From Deinococcus radiodurans R1 = ATCC 13939 = DSM 20539 (lineage in GTDB: Bacteria; Deinococcota; Deinococci; Deinococcales; Deinococcaceae): 32,000 nucleotides of DNA. Made by a program: the position numbers and the translations under genes. The stretch lies in contig NC_000958.1 of NCBI RefSeq assembly GCF_000008565.1, positions 103,431 through 135,430 on the forward strand, written 5' to 3'. Of the stretch, positions 18,427-26,887 are shown one piece after another. Each line of letters starts with the position of its first letter. The first letter of the stretch is position 1. The notes beneath the pieces were generated by a model. The model made no database searches. It saw only the letters and a list, made by a program, of their open reading frames with translations, and was not told the DNA's origin.

Positions 18427-19633
18427 CAGTAGGTGACAACTTCACTTTCAGCCGCTCCTGGCGGGCAAAAAGCCTGGATGAACACCTCCAGGATCGCCAT
18501 GAACTGTTGGGGTTTCCACCGGAGGGCATCCACGAGATGCTGAGCACCGTGCCGCACCAGACTGACCGCTCTCCGACCATGCTTCAGAACGGGGATGGGC
18601 CAGGTCTGGCTCAGCCAGACCCCCAGGCGCAAACAGAACATCCAAGCCAATGTCACCAGTCCGAAGAGTCGCTGTAGACGGCTCCTTTCCGTCATTCCGG
18701 TTCGCTCTAAGTCAAAGCCTCGCTTTTTGAAACTGCTGAAGGTGCACTCAATCGACCAGCGCTGTTTGTAGAGCCTCCAGGTCTTCCGAGCACTGAAATC
18801 TGTGGCGATGATGACGAGGTCACCTGTGGGTGACCTCGTTGCGACCACCCGCATCAACTCCCCGAACACGAACACCTTTTCGCCAATCTCGTGAAAATGA
18901 CCGTGCTGGACGTGCTCAAACCACTCTTTCCCATTCATGTCGTCTAGCATGTCGGTCTGTCGGATACGAATTGCCCTCTTGATGCCCTGACGACGAAGAA
19001 AGCGGAACCATTCCGCGCCGATGAACTCCCGATCGGCCACCAGACCCAGCCAGCGTTTCGCTGGCCAGGCCCGAAGGAGCTTCAACACCAGCCACATTCG
19101 AGCGTAGGTGTGACTGTTCCCAGACTGGTCGAGAGGCACCCAGATGAGCGGCAGGGTGAAGCCGTGAACCACGGCTCCAAGCACCAGAAAGTTGATGGGC
19201 GTTTCCCCGTGCTCCCAATTGGTGCGGTCCAGACTTAGCAAAACCTTCCCCGGTGGAAGATGGACGACAAGCAGAGCGATGAAAAAGCCCCTGTCCAGCT
19301 GCTCATCCCGGAAGGTGCGGTCTGCTCGTCTCTTCTTGCCCTGCGGGGTACTCATCCCCGGCATATGGGCACTCAGGTCGTGATGATTGACGCTCCTCGC
19401 GGCAATCATCGCCAGGAGGACGTCAATGAGGCGCTGGAGTGTATCGATGCGGAGGTGACTGGCATGCGTTTTGAAGTGCCCGGTGAGTGCGGTAGCCTGC
19501 TGGGCAGCTCCCCTCTGTTGATTTCACACTCTCAGGAAACCGCGAACAGTCGGCCCCATCAAGCTTGATGGCGCCGACTGTTGGTTTTTGCCGTCTGGGA
19601 CAACGTCGAACCGAAGTTGTCACCTACTGAGCT
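18423..19633 (-). mobile_element. IS4-like insertion sequence (about 1.2 kb)
   Basis: CAGTAGGTGACAACTTC (18427-18443) is perfectly inverted at 19613-19629, a 17-bp repeat. AGCT flanks both ends, giving a 21-nt match if included. It encloses a DDE transposase gene. Confidence 0.85.
18426..19409 (-). CDS. IS4-family DDE transposase (327 aa as ATG-delimited; reading frame open further upstream)
   Basis: LVADREF, the YKQRWSIECTFSSFK (Y-2-R-3-E-6-K) motif and the IS4-like C-terminus. The same frame stays open up to an in-frame TGA at 19524-19526, which is preceded by an ATG at 19557-19559. Confidence 0.85.
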   Translation of the reverse strand: MIAARSVNHHDLSAHMPGMSTPQGKKRRADRTFRDEQLDRGFFIALLVVHLPPGKVLLSLDRTNWEHGETPINFLVLGAVVHGFTLPLIWVPLDQSGNSHTYARMWLVLKLLRAWPAKRWLGLVADREFIGAEWFRFLRRQGIKRAIRIRQTDMLDDMNGKEWFEHVQHGHFHEIGEKVFVFGELMRVVATRSPTGDLVIIATDFSARKTWRLYKQRWSIECTFSSFKKRGFDLERTGMTERSRLQRLFGLVTLAWMFCLRLGVWLSQTWPIPVLKHGRRAVSLVRHGAQHLVDALRWKPQQFMAILEVFIQAFCPPGAAESEVVTY

Positions 19634-20874
19634 GATGGCCATCCTACAGTACGTTCTCAGCGCGGTCCCGCTGCGCAAGACGCAGCGGAATTTCCTGACC
19701 GTGCTGCTCAGCGTTTTTCTCGCTGTTCCTGGACGGCTGAACGCCCTGAATCTCTCCCGGTATGCAGCCTGCTCGGAGAGTACGATTCGTCGTTGGCTGC
19801 ACCGAAGTGACGATGGGGCCATTCCGTGGGGCGCGTTACACCAGGCGACTGTCAGTACAGCAATCGAGAGTGGGCTGATCAGCCCACTGTGCGTTCTGGC
19901 CATCGACGCCTCTTTTCACCGCAAAGCCGGTCAGCACACCGCACACCTCGGCTCGTTCTGGAATGGCTGTGCCGCGCGGACCGAACGCGGAATCGAGCAA
20001 TCCTGTTGTGCCCTCATTGATGTCCAGCACCGGCAGGCCTTGACGGTCGATGTCCGTCAGACCCTGACCGGGTCTGAGGCTCCAACTCGTCTGGAACAGA
20101 CCGCCGATCAGCTGGATGACGTGCTGCTCGATCTCCGGACTGTTCAACAGCTTGATCTGGCTGCTGTCGTTGCCGACGGGAATTACGCGAAGGAACCCAT
20201 CGTGGAGACCGTGACGGGTCACGGTCTCCCGTTTATCTCCAGATTGCCTCGCAACGCCAACCTCAACGACCTCTACACCGGTGAGCATCCCAGACGACGG
20301 GGGCGAAAGAAGAAGTTCGACGGTAAGGTGGACTTCAGTGACCTGCAGCGCTTCGACCTCGTCTCTGCAAGGCCGACTGAGCGGGTGTGGACGCAGGTGG
20401 TCTGGAGCGTGCAGTGGGCGCGGGAAGTGCGCGCAGTCGTCATTCAGCAGATTGGTAAAAAGGGTCAGGTCACCGGCTACGCGGTGCTGTTCAGCACCGC
20501 TGTGACCATGCCGGCTCATGAGGTCATGGCGCTGTATCGAAGCCGCTTTGAGATCGAACTGATCTTCCGGGATGCCAAACAGTTCCTGGGGGGCCAGGAT
20601 GTGCAACTGCGGTCACAGCAGGGCATCGAGGCGCATTGGAACGTGGTGCTGCTGACCCTGAATCTTTGCCGACTGGAGGCCCTGCGAGCGGCAGGTGGCG
20701 GGCAGGATCTGGTGTTCAGTCTCGAAGACATGAAACGCAGGGCGTATAACGCCCTGCTGGCCCAGGTCATTTTATCCAATCTGGACCTCTCGGCTCGCTT
20801 TGAAGAATGAGCGAATTCGCCGTTCAGTCCGCTGGATTTCGGACTTAAAGCCGCCTAAAATTGCACGAACCATT
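19632..20874 (+). mobile_element. 5'-truncated copy of a second IS (IS4/IS701-like; inferred intact length about 1321 bp)
   Basis: Right end ...AAAATTGCACGAACCATTG stops at 20874. From 19632 the sequence appears identical (shown by the duplicated ORFs) to the intact copy from 31533 onward. The first 78 bp, including the left IR and the start codon, are replaced by the neighbouring IS. Confidence 0.85.
19635..20810 (+). CDS. DDE transposase of the second IS, native N-terminus lost
   Basis: MAILQYVLSAVPLRKTQRNFL...LAIDASF...VVADGNYA...YRSRFEIELIFRDAKQ. The ORF-track start at 19581 lies in unrelated IS sequence, so that N-terminus is chimeric. The intact copy begins MGLMAILQY. Confidence 0.8.
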   Translation: MAILQYVLSAVPLRKTQRNFLTVLLSVFLAVPGRLNALNLSRYAACSESTIRRWLHRSDDGAIPWGALHQATVSTAIESGLISPLCVLAIDASFHRKAGQHTAHLGSFWNGCAARTERGIEQSCCALIDVQHRQALTVDVRQTLTGSEAPTRLEQTADQLDDVLLDLRTVQQLDLAAVVADGNYAKEPIVETVTGHGLPFISRLPRNANLNDLYTGEHPRRRGRKKKFDGKVDFSDLQRFDLVSARPTERVWTQVVWSVQWAREVRAVVIQQIGKKGQVTGYAVLFSTAVTMPAHEVMALYRSRFEIELIFRDAKQFLGGQDVQLRSQQGIEAHWNVVLLTLNLCRLEALRAAGGGQDLVFSLEDMKRRAYNALLAQVILSNLDLSARFEE

Positions 20875-20967
20875 GTTTAAGAGGATGACATAACGGTCTG
20901 ATCAGTTTTGCCGTGATAATTCAAGTTATACCGCTGCTACTTCCAACTGAGCTATCCTCGAATCGGT

Positions 20968-22002
20968 ATGAAAACTCTTGAGGCTGTATCTCAGCCGCTG
21001 GGCCATCTTGCAACGCCGCAACCGGCCCCCTCCACCTCTCTGGAGCTGATGGCTTACCGCCTCGACATCCAAGCCAGAGCCCAGGCCTGGGCGGACATGG
21101 ACGAGCCTGTACTTCGGAGGCGGGCGACCGAGGCCGCCCGTGATATGGACGTCGAAGCGTTGTGGTCACTCACCGAAGCCAACCTGCTCCTCAATGGTCT
21201 CAGTGGCGCCAAGGTCAGCCACCACACCATTCGCGCCTACCGCAAAGGCCTGGACGTTTTCCTCGGCTACGCCCAGCAGGTCGGGCTGCAACTGCTGCGG
21301 CCCCGCCCCAATCACGGCGTCGCCTACGCTCGCTGGCTTGAAGCTCAGGGCTACAACACCTCCACTGTCCGGGTCAGGCTCGCCGCCGCCCGCAAACTGT
21401 TTGCCGCCCTGCGCTGGGCAGGCGCCACCGACGCCACACCGTTCGCGGATGTTCGTCCTGCACCTGATCCTGTCCCACGCACGGAGAAACGCAAACCCTA
21501 TTCGGAGACCGAAGTGGAAGAACTCGTCCGCGCCGGCGACCTTGAAGAGAAGGTCATTCTCCTCCTTGGTGCCCACGCTGGCCTGCGCGTCAGCGAAATT
21601 GCGGGGCTGCAAAGGGTGGATGTCCACTTAGACGGCGAGCACCCTTACCTGATGGTCACCGGGAAACACCAGAAAAGACAGGGCGTGCCGCTGAGCCGCA
21701 CGCTGGCCAAGGCGCTTTCCCTCTGGCTGAGCGCCACACCGGACCTCGGTCCACGCGTCCTCAGCGCAGGCAGCGTCGATTACGTCCAAGGGCGGGTCAA
21801 GGCCGTGTGCGAACGCACCGGCGTTCCCTACTCTCGCCGGCAGGTCCACGGGCTCAGACACTCCGCAGGCACACGGATCTACAGTGACACTTCCGACCTG
21901 CTGGCCGTTCGGGACCACCTCCGTCACGCCGACATCACCAGCAGCGAGATTTACGTCGAATACGCACGGAAGACCAAGGCGCCCGCGGTCAAGTCCTGGT
22001 AA
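20968..22002 (+). CDS. tyrosine recombinase / phage-type integrase (344 aa)
   Basis: N-terminal SAM-like core-binding region HTIRAYRKGLDVFLGY. Catalytic region GLRVSEI...HGLRHSAGTRIY...LRHADITSSEIYV gives the R..HxxR..H..Y residues. Confidence 0.85.
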   Translation: MKTLEAVSQPLGHLATPQPAPSTSLELMAYRLDIQARAQAWADMDEPVLRRRATEAARDMDVEALWSLTEANLLLNGLSGAKVSHHTIRAYRKGLDVFLGYAQQVGLQLLRPRPNHGVAYARWLEAQGYNTSTVRVRLAAARKLFAALRWAGATDATPFADVRPAPDPVPRTEKRKPYSETEVEELVRAGDLEEKVILLLGAHAGLRVSEIAGLQRVDVHLDGEHPYLMVTGKHQKRQGVPLSRTLAKALSLWLSATPDLGPRVLSAGSVDYVQGRVKAVCERTGVPYSRRQVHGLRHSAGTRIYSDTSDLLAVRDHLRHADITSSEIYVEYARKTKAPAVKSW

Positions 22003-22114
22003 CGGGTTGAAGGGCCGTTTCCCTGCTTGCAGCAGGGTAGAAGACAAGCAGAATATGCTAGGCCCTACGTTGAAGGAGCCCCCAATGGCTCAAAATAGAC
22101 CATATCTGTCACTC

Positions 22115-22143
22115 TTGACCGGCGTAAGTGCCACCTGTAGTAT
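22115..22143 (+). promoter_or_regulatory. sigma70-type promoter candidate
   Basis: TTGACC (22115-22120), 17-nt spacer, TAGTAT (22138-22143), immediately upstream of the riboswitch-like leader. Confidence 0.5.
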
Positions 22144-22149
22144 CCACAT

Positions 22150-22300
22150 GTTGCTTTCAGGTTGAAAGCCTCCCGAGGAACAGAGGGAAGTCCGGTCATC
22201 CCCAGCTTTTTGGGTTCAGTCCGGCACAGTCGCGCTACGGTTACAGTCCGAACGCTCGCCTCGTGGAGAACGCCTTCGGTGCTTCGCCCCCGCGCTAGGG
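22150..22300 (+). ncRNA. cobalamin (B12) riboswitch candidate
   Basis: AGAGGGAAGTCCGGT (22182-22196), GCACAGTCGCGCTACGGTTA (22223-22242; compare GC.G.C.CGC..C.GTAA) and the B12-box-like CAGTCCGAACGCTCGCC (22244-22260; compare AGYCMGGAGACCKGCC). Judged by eye only. Confidence 0.65.
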
Positions 22301-22342
22301 GCGTCAGGTGGGAAGACATGTTGAACTGAATTTGTTCCAGCC

Positions 22343-22380
22343 GTGCCCAGCTGTGGGCACGCTGTTTTGCTGTTCCTTTC
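22343..22380 (+). terminator. leader attenuator hairpin (possible riboswitch expression platform)
   Basis: GTGCCCA (22343-22349) pairs with TGGGCAC (22354-22360) around a GCTG loop, followed by GCTGTTTTGCTGTTCCTTTC. It lies about 60 nt upstream of the next start codon. Confidence 0.6.
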
Positions 22381-22435
22381 TGACGACGGCCTTTTGCTGA
22401 CCGTTGTGGCCTTTCTCTTTTGCAGGAGCATGCCC

Positions 22436-22918
22436 ATGCCCGATCAAGACCTCCCGGCTCCCCCTGAGAACGCGGTGGTGAATGGTCCAGATCACGCGCC
22501 TCAGGGTCCACAGGGCGCTGCCCCGTCACGTCCCCGCGCAACTGAAACCCGTATCACCCACATCGTCTTTCCTGGCACCACCAACCATCACGGCACGCTG
22601 TTCGGTGGCGAAGCCCTGAGCATGATGGACTCGGCGGCTTTTATTGCTGCCACACGCTACTGCCGCCGCAAGGTGGTTACGCGTCACCTCGACGCCATGG
22701 AGTTTTCCCGCCCCATTCCGCAAGGCTCACTGGTCGAACTCATTGCGCGCGTGGTGAAGACAGGCCGCAGCTCCATGACCGTGCTGGTCGAACTGTTTAC
22801 CGAGGACATGTACAGCGAGAAGCGGGAGCTCGGCTGCTCGGGGACGTTCGTGCTGGTGGCTCTAGGAGCCGACGGGCAACCCACGCCGGTGCCTGCGCTC
22901 GAGGCGGGGCCGACATGA
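22436..22918 (+). CDS. hotdog-fold acyl-CoA thioesterase (about 160 aa)
   Basis: VFPGTTNHHGTLFGGEALSMMDSAAFIAA...FSRPIPQGSLVEL.ARV...GRSSMTV is the YciA/BFIT-type thioesterase core. AGGAG at 22424-22428. ATG at 22436 or 22430. Confidence 0.75.
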   Translation: MPDQDLPAPPENAVVNGPDHAPQGPQGAAPSRPRATETRITHIVFPGTTNHHGTLFGGEALSMMDSAAFIAATRYCRRKVVTRHLDAMEFSRPIPQGSLVELIARVVKTGRSSMTVLVELFTEDMYSEKRELGCSGTFVLVALGADGQPTPVPALEAGPT

Positions 22919-23074
22919 CCGCTGAACCCTCCGTCCTTTTGCCGACAGACGTCGCCCGGACTCAGAGCAGCGATGTATGCAGCGCGGGCTGGGCGCGGTG
23001 ACCGATAACATGCGCGATTTCGACGCCGAGGTTCACAGCAGCATGGGGCATGGCGACACCCTGCAAGGCTGACG

Positions 23075-23500
23075 GTGCTGCGCCTCGTCTACGACTCACT
23101 GACGGGCAATGTCCGGCACTTTGCCGAGACGCTGGCCGCTGAGCTGCATGTCTCCCCGATGAGGGTGCAGGACCCGGCCCCGACCGACGCCTACCTGCTG
23201 CTGACCTACACCTTCGGCAGTGGGGAGGTTCCGGCCAGTACCCGCCGCCTGCTGACCACCCACGGGCACCTGCTGCGCGGCGTGGTCGCCAGCGGCTCGT
23301 ATCACTGGGGCCACAACTTTGCCCGCGCCGCCGACGTGATTGCCGCCGAGTACCGCGTGCCCGTCGTGGCCAAGCTGAACAAGGGCGGAACGGCGGCAGA
23401 CCGCGCCGCCGTACGGCGCTGGCTGCTGCACTACGCCGAATCAGCCCCGCCTTTCCCGACCTCGTGCACTGGAGAACCCACCCCATGGAACGCTGGATAG
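23075..23500 (+). CDS. nrdI: class Ib ribonucleotide reductase flavodoxin-like protein NrdI (141 aa, GTG start)
   Basis: LVYDSLTGNVRHFA...LLTYTFGSGEVP......F......LRGV.ASG...WG.NFA is the NrdI signature. It sits directly upstream of and overlaps nrdE. Confidence 0.85.
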   Translation: MLRLVYDSLTGNVRHFAETLAAELHVSPMRVQDPAPTDAYLLLTYTFGSGEVPASTRRLLTTHGHLLRGVVASGSYHWGHNFARAADVIAAEYRVPVVAKLNKGGTAADRAAVRRWLLHYAESAPPFPTSCTGEPTPWNAG

Positions 23501-25572
23501 AACTGAACAACAAAGTCTTGGCCGGGAATGTCGTGGACACCCAGCACGACACGGACGCCCTGCAAGCCTATTTTCAGGAAAAAGTCAACCCGAACACCGT
23601 CTTTTTCCACGATCTACGCGAGAAAATCCGTTACCTGACCGAGCATGGTCTGTGGGACGCCCGCCTTTTTGAGCGCTACAGCTCTGAGGACGTCCGGCAG
23701 GTGTTTGAAAAGGCGTACGGTTACAAGTTCCGCTTCAAGGCGTTTATGGGCGCCTACAAGTTCTATTCCGAGTACGCCGGCATGACGCCCGACCGCTCGC
23801 GCTGGCTGGAACGCTACGAAGACCGCCTCAGCATTACAGCGCTCGCCCGCTCGGAACGCGTGGACGAGGCGCTGGAACTTGTTCACCACCTCGTCAACCA
23901 GACCTTTACGCCCGCCACGCCCACCCTAATGAACTCGGGCAAGGCGAACACGGGCCGGCTGGTGAGTTGCTTTCTGCTTCAGGACTGCACCGACAACCTG
24001 GATTCCATTACCAAGACGCTGTCCTTTGTGGCCGAACTGAGCAAGGGGGGCGGCGGCATCGGCGTGGAAGCCAGCAATCTGCGGGCACGGGGCGAAAGCC
24101 TGCGCGGGATTCAGAACGTCACGAAAGGCGTGCTGGGCGTGGCAAAGATGCTGGACAACATGCTGCGCTACGCTGACCAAGCGGGGCAGCGCCCGGGAGC
24201 CGGGGCGGTGTACCTCAGTGTGATGCACGCTGACTTCAGTGACCTGCTGAACGCCAAGAAAATTGCCACCGATGAGGACGCCCGGCTCAAGACCCTGAGT
24301 ATCGGCGCAACGATTCCTGACATCTTTATGGAAAAAGTGCGCTGCGGCGAGGATATTTATCAGTTCTACCCGCACTCCTTTTTTCAGGAAACGGGCCGCG
24401 AGTTCACCTCTATTGACTGGACGAAGGAATATCAGGCGCTGGCAGATAACCCCAACATCCGCAAAAAGCGCGTGTCGGCGCGGCGGCTTCTGGAAGATAT
24501 TGCCGTCACGCAGGGCGAAAGCGGCTACCCCTACCTGCTGTTTGAGGGCAATGCCAACCGCGCCAACCCGATTCCGAATGTGGGGACGATCAAGATGAGT
24601 AACCTTTGCTCGGAAATTTTGCAGCCCACCACGCCGAGCTATTTTCACCCTTACGGCCAAGAGCACCGGGACAGAATCGGCCTGGACGTGTCGTGCAACC
24701 TCGCCTCGCTCGTCATCGAGCAGACCATGCACGGCGGCGACCTCGGGCGGGTGGTCGGCGCGGCGATCCGGATGCTGGACAACGTGGCGCGCTCCACCAG
24801 CGTCCATGAGGTGCCGGCGGTCAAGCGCGCCAACGACGAGATGCGCTCGATTGGCCTGGGCGCGATGGGCCTGCACTCCTTTCTGGCGGGCAAGGAACTG
24901 ATCTACGGCTCGCCCGAGGCGCTCGAATTCGTGGACGTGTTTTTCGCTGCCGTGCATTACCACGCCCGCAAAGCGAGTATGGAAATTGCCCGCGACACCG
25001 GCTTCGTGTTCAGCGGCTTTGAAGGCAGCCGCTATCAGTCGGGGGAACACTTTGCGCAGTATCTGGAACGCGACTTTGCGCCGAGGAGGCCCGAAGTCGC
25101 CGCACTGTTTGAAGGGCACACCCTGCCCACCCGCGCCGATTGGGAACAACTTGTGGAGGACATCAAAACGCATGGCCTCGCCCACTCTTTCGTGATGGCG
25201 ATTGCGCCCACCGGCTCCATTTCCTACGTCTCGCACGCCAGCGCCAGCATCATGCCTATTACTGAGAAGGTGGAAACCCGCACCAGCAACAAGGCGCGGA
25301 CCATCTACCCCATGCCGCACCTGTCGGAAGACACCGAGTGGTACTACGAGGAAGCCTACGACATGGACCAGCGCCGCGTGCTCGACACCGTGGCCGCCGC
25401 ACAAAAGCATGTGGACCAAGGCATCAGCTGCACGCTGTTCCTGCCGGCCTCGGCCACCACACGCACGCTGCAGAGCTACTACCTGTACGCCTACCGCCTC
25501 GGCATCAAGACGCTGTACTACACGCGCTTACGCAAGACGAACGTGCAGGACTGCCTGAGTTGCGTGGTGTGA
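23485..25572 (+). CDS. nrdE: class Ib ribonucleotide reductase alpha subunit NrdE (695 aa)
   Basis: ELNN, PATPTLMNSG, SCFLL, GGGIG, MSNLCSEI, NLASL, IAPTGSISY and the C-terminal YYTR...CLSCVV. GGAGAA RBS lies 8 nt before the ATG at 23485. Confidence 0.95.
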   Translation: MERWIELNNKVLAGNVVDTQHDTDALQAYFQEKVNPNTVFFHDLREKIRYLTEHGLWDARLFERYSSEDVRQVFEKAYGYKFRFKAFMGAYKFYSEYAGMTPDRSRWLERYEDRLSITALARSERVDEALELVHHLVNQTFTPATPTLMNSGKANTGRLVSCFLLQDCTDNLDSITKTLSFVAELSKGGGGIGVEASNLRARGESLRGIQNVTKGVLGVAKMLDNMLRYADQAGQRPGAGAVYLSVMHADFSDLLNAKKIATDEDARLKTLSIGATIPDIFMEKVRCGEDIYQFYPHSFFQETGREFTSIDWTKEYQALADNPNIRKKRVSARRLLEDIAVTQGESGYPYLLFEGNANRANPIPNVGTIKMSNLCSEILQPTTPSYFHPYGQEHRDRIGLDVSCNLASLVIEQTMHGGDLGRVVGAAIRMLDNVARSTSVHEVPAVKRANDEMRSIGLGAMGLHSFLAGKELIYGSPEALEFVDVFFAAVHYHARKASMEIARDTGFVFSGFEGSRYQSGEHFAQYLERDFAPRRPEVAALFEGHTLPTRADWEQLVEDIKTHGLAHSFVMAIAPTGSISYVSHASASIMPITEKVETRTSNKARTIYPMPHLSEDTEWYYEEAYDMDQRRVLDTVAAAQKHVDQGISCTLFLPASATTRTLQSYYLYAYRLGIKTLYYTRLRKTNVQDCLSCVV

Positions 25573-25628
25573 ATATCCAGCCTGATCGAGTGTTCGGTTC
25601 GCCCCAGCCAATCAACAACGAGGTGCCC

Positions 25629-26624
25629 ATGACCCCCTTTTCCGCCGCCAACTGGTCCGAACCCGAAGACAATTTTTCGGCCACCTTTTACGCCAAATAC
25701 ACCTCGCAGCTGTGGTTCCCCGAGGAAATTCCGCTGACGAACGACGCGCTGGCCTGGAAGACGCTGAGTGACGAGGAACGCTGGACGTACATCCACGCCT
25801 CAGCGGGGCTGAACGCACTGGACACCCTGCAAGGTGAGGTGGGGATGCCCCGGCTGCGTGACCTCGTGGACGGGCACATTCGCAAGGCGACCCTGCAGTT
25901 TCAGGGCATGATGGAAGACATTCATGCCCGCAGCTACAGCCTGATGAACAAGACCTTCCTGACAGCGAGCGAGGAGCGCGAGGTCTTCGAGTGGGTCAGG
26001 ACGCAGCCACAACTCCAGCACAAGATTGCCGTCATTCAGGGCGTCTACCGTGACCCCGACGTGTCCGACCTCGGAGTATGGAAAAAACTGGTGGTGTCGT
26101 GCATGTTGGAAACGGCGCTGTTCTACTCAGGGTTTTTTTACCCGCTCTACCTCGCCGGGCAGGGGCAGATGGTGTCGGCAGGCGAGATTTTCAATCTCAT
26201 TATTCTGGACGAGGCGCTGCACGGCGTGTACGTCGCGCTGCTGGCACAGGAGAAATTTGCCACCATGAACGCGGCAGAGCAGGCCGACGCTCAAGCGTGG
26301 TTTGATGACACCTTGCAGGCGCTTTACAGCAACGAACTCGCCTACACTGAGCAGCTTTATGCCAACGTGGGTCTGACAGGAGAAGTCAAGAAATTTATTC
26401 GCTTCAACTTCAACGTGCTGGCCGACAATCTGGCGCTGCCCCGCCCCTTCGGCGACGAGGACATCAACCCCATCGTGCAAAACGGCATTCAGGCGCGGGG
26501 GACCACCCACGATTTCTTCTCGGCCAAGGGGAGCAGCTACAGCAAGATGACGGTGGAGCCGCTGACCGACGCCGATATTGAGACGCTCTGGCATGAGCCC
26601 GCGCAGGTGACCGTCCATGAGTGA
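25629..26624 (+). CDS. nrdF: class Ib ribonucleotide reductase beta subunit NrdF (331 aa)
   Basis: NW..PED.....F......Q.WFPEEIPL..D, MEDIHARSY, LETALFYSGFFYPLY and ILDEALHGVY provide the di-metal and tyrosyl-radical site motifs. Confidence 0.95.
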   Translation: MTPFSAANWSEPEDNFSATFYAKYTSQLWFPEEIPLTNDALAWKTLSDEERWTYIHASAGLNALDTLQGEVGMPRLRDLVDGHIRKATLQFQGMMEDIHARSYSLMNKTFLTASEEREVFEWVRTQPQLQHKIAVIQGVYRDPDVSDLGVWKKLVVSCMLETALFYSGFFYPLYLAGQGQMVSAGEIFNLIILDEALHGVYVALLAQEKFATMNAAEQADAQAWFDDTLQALYSNELAYTEQLYANVGLTGEVKKFIRFNFNVLADNLALPRPFGDEDINPIVQNGIQARGTTHDFFSAKGSSYSKMTVEPLTDADIETLWHEPAQVTVHE

Positions 26625-26880
26625 TCGCCCTTTCCTGCTGCTCACGCAGGGCGCCTGCCCCGGCTGCGAGCGGCTGAAAAAGATGCTCGCCGGGCCGCTC
26701 AGGGGGCAATTTGACAGTCACATTGAAGTCATTCACCGCCAGAGTGCCCAGGAGCGCTTTGACGCCCTGAGTGCCCACTTCGGTGTGCGGAGCGTCCCCG
26801 CGCTCATTCGGGTTTCGGACGGAACCAGGGCGCATGATCCGGGGAGCCTCGGGGCAGTGAGGGCCTTTTTGCAAGGCTGA
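26617..26880 (+). CDS. small thioredoxin-fold redoxin (NrdH/glutaredoxin-like, CPGC active site), 87 aa
   Basis: LLLTQGACPGCERLKKML, then ...VRSVPALI (cis-Pro loop). Overlaps the nrdF 3' end by 8 nt. Confidence 0.7.
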   Translation: MSDRPFLLLTQGACPGCERLKKMLAGPLRGQFDSHIEVIHRQSAQERFDALSAHFGVRSVPALIRVSDGTRAHDPGSLGAVRAFLQG

Positions 26881-26887
26881 CCCCGCG

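Noticed and set aside
19581-19634. ORF-track N-terminus (MVFAVWDNVEPKLSPTEL) of the 409-aa transposase.
   Set aside because: These codons lie in the terminal sequence of the neighbouring IS. The intact copy at 31527 shows the native start MGL, so this N-terminus is a junction artefact.
20931-20957. tRNA-like stretch on the minus strand (GGATAGCTCAGTTGGAAGTAGCAGCGG) between the IS end and the recombinase gene.
   Set aside because: Only a D-arm-like 5' segment is present, and it has a D-stem mismatch. I could not find a pairing anticodon stem, T-arm (GGTTCGAATCC-like) or acceptor complement. It is at best a decayed tRNA fragment or possible old attachment-site relic, not a gene.
22095-22150. 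Possible NrdR boxes near the promoter (AGACCATATCTGTCAC and CACCTGTAGTATCCAC, about 33 bp apart), and in the 22919-23074 spacer before nrdI.
   Set aside because: Matches to the ACACWATATATWGTGT palindrome are poor. The half-sites are out of register and only the central ATAT fits. There is no convincing tandem pair.
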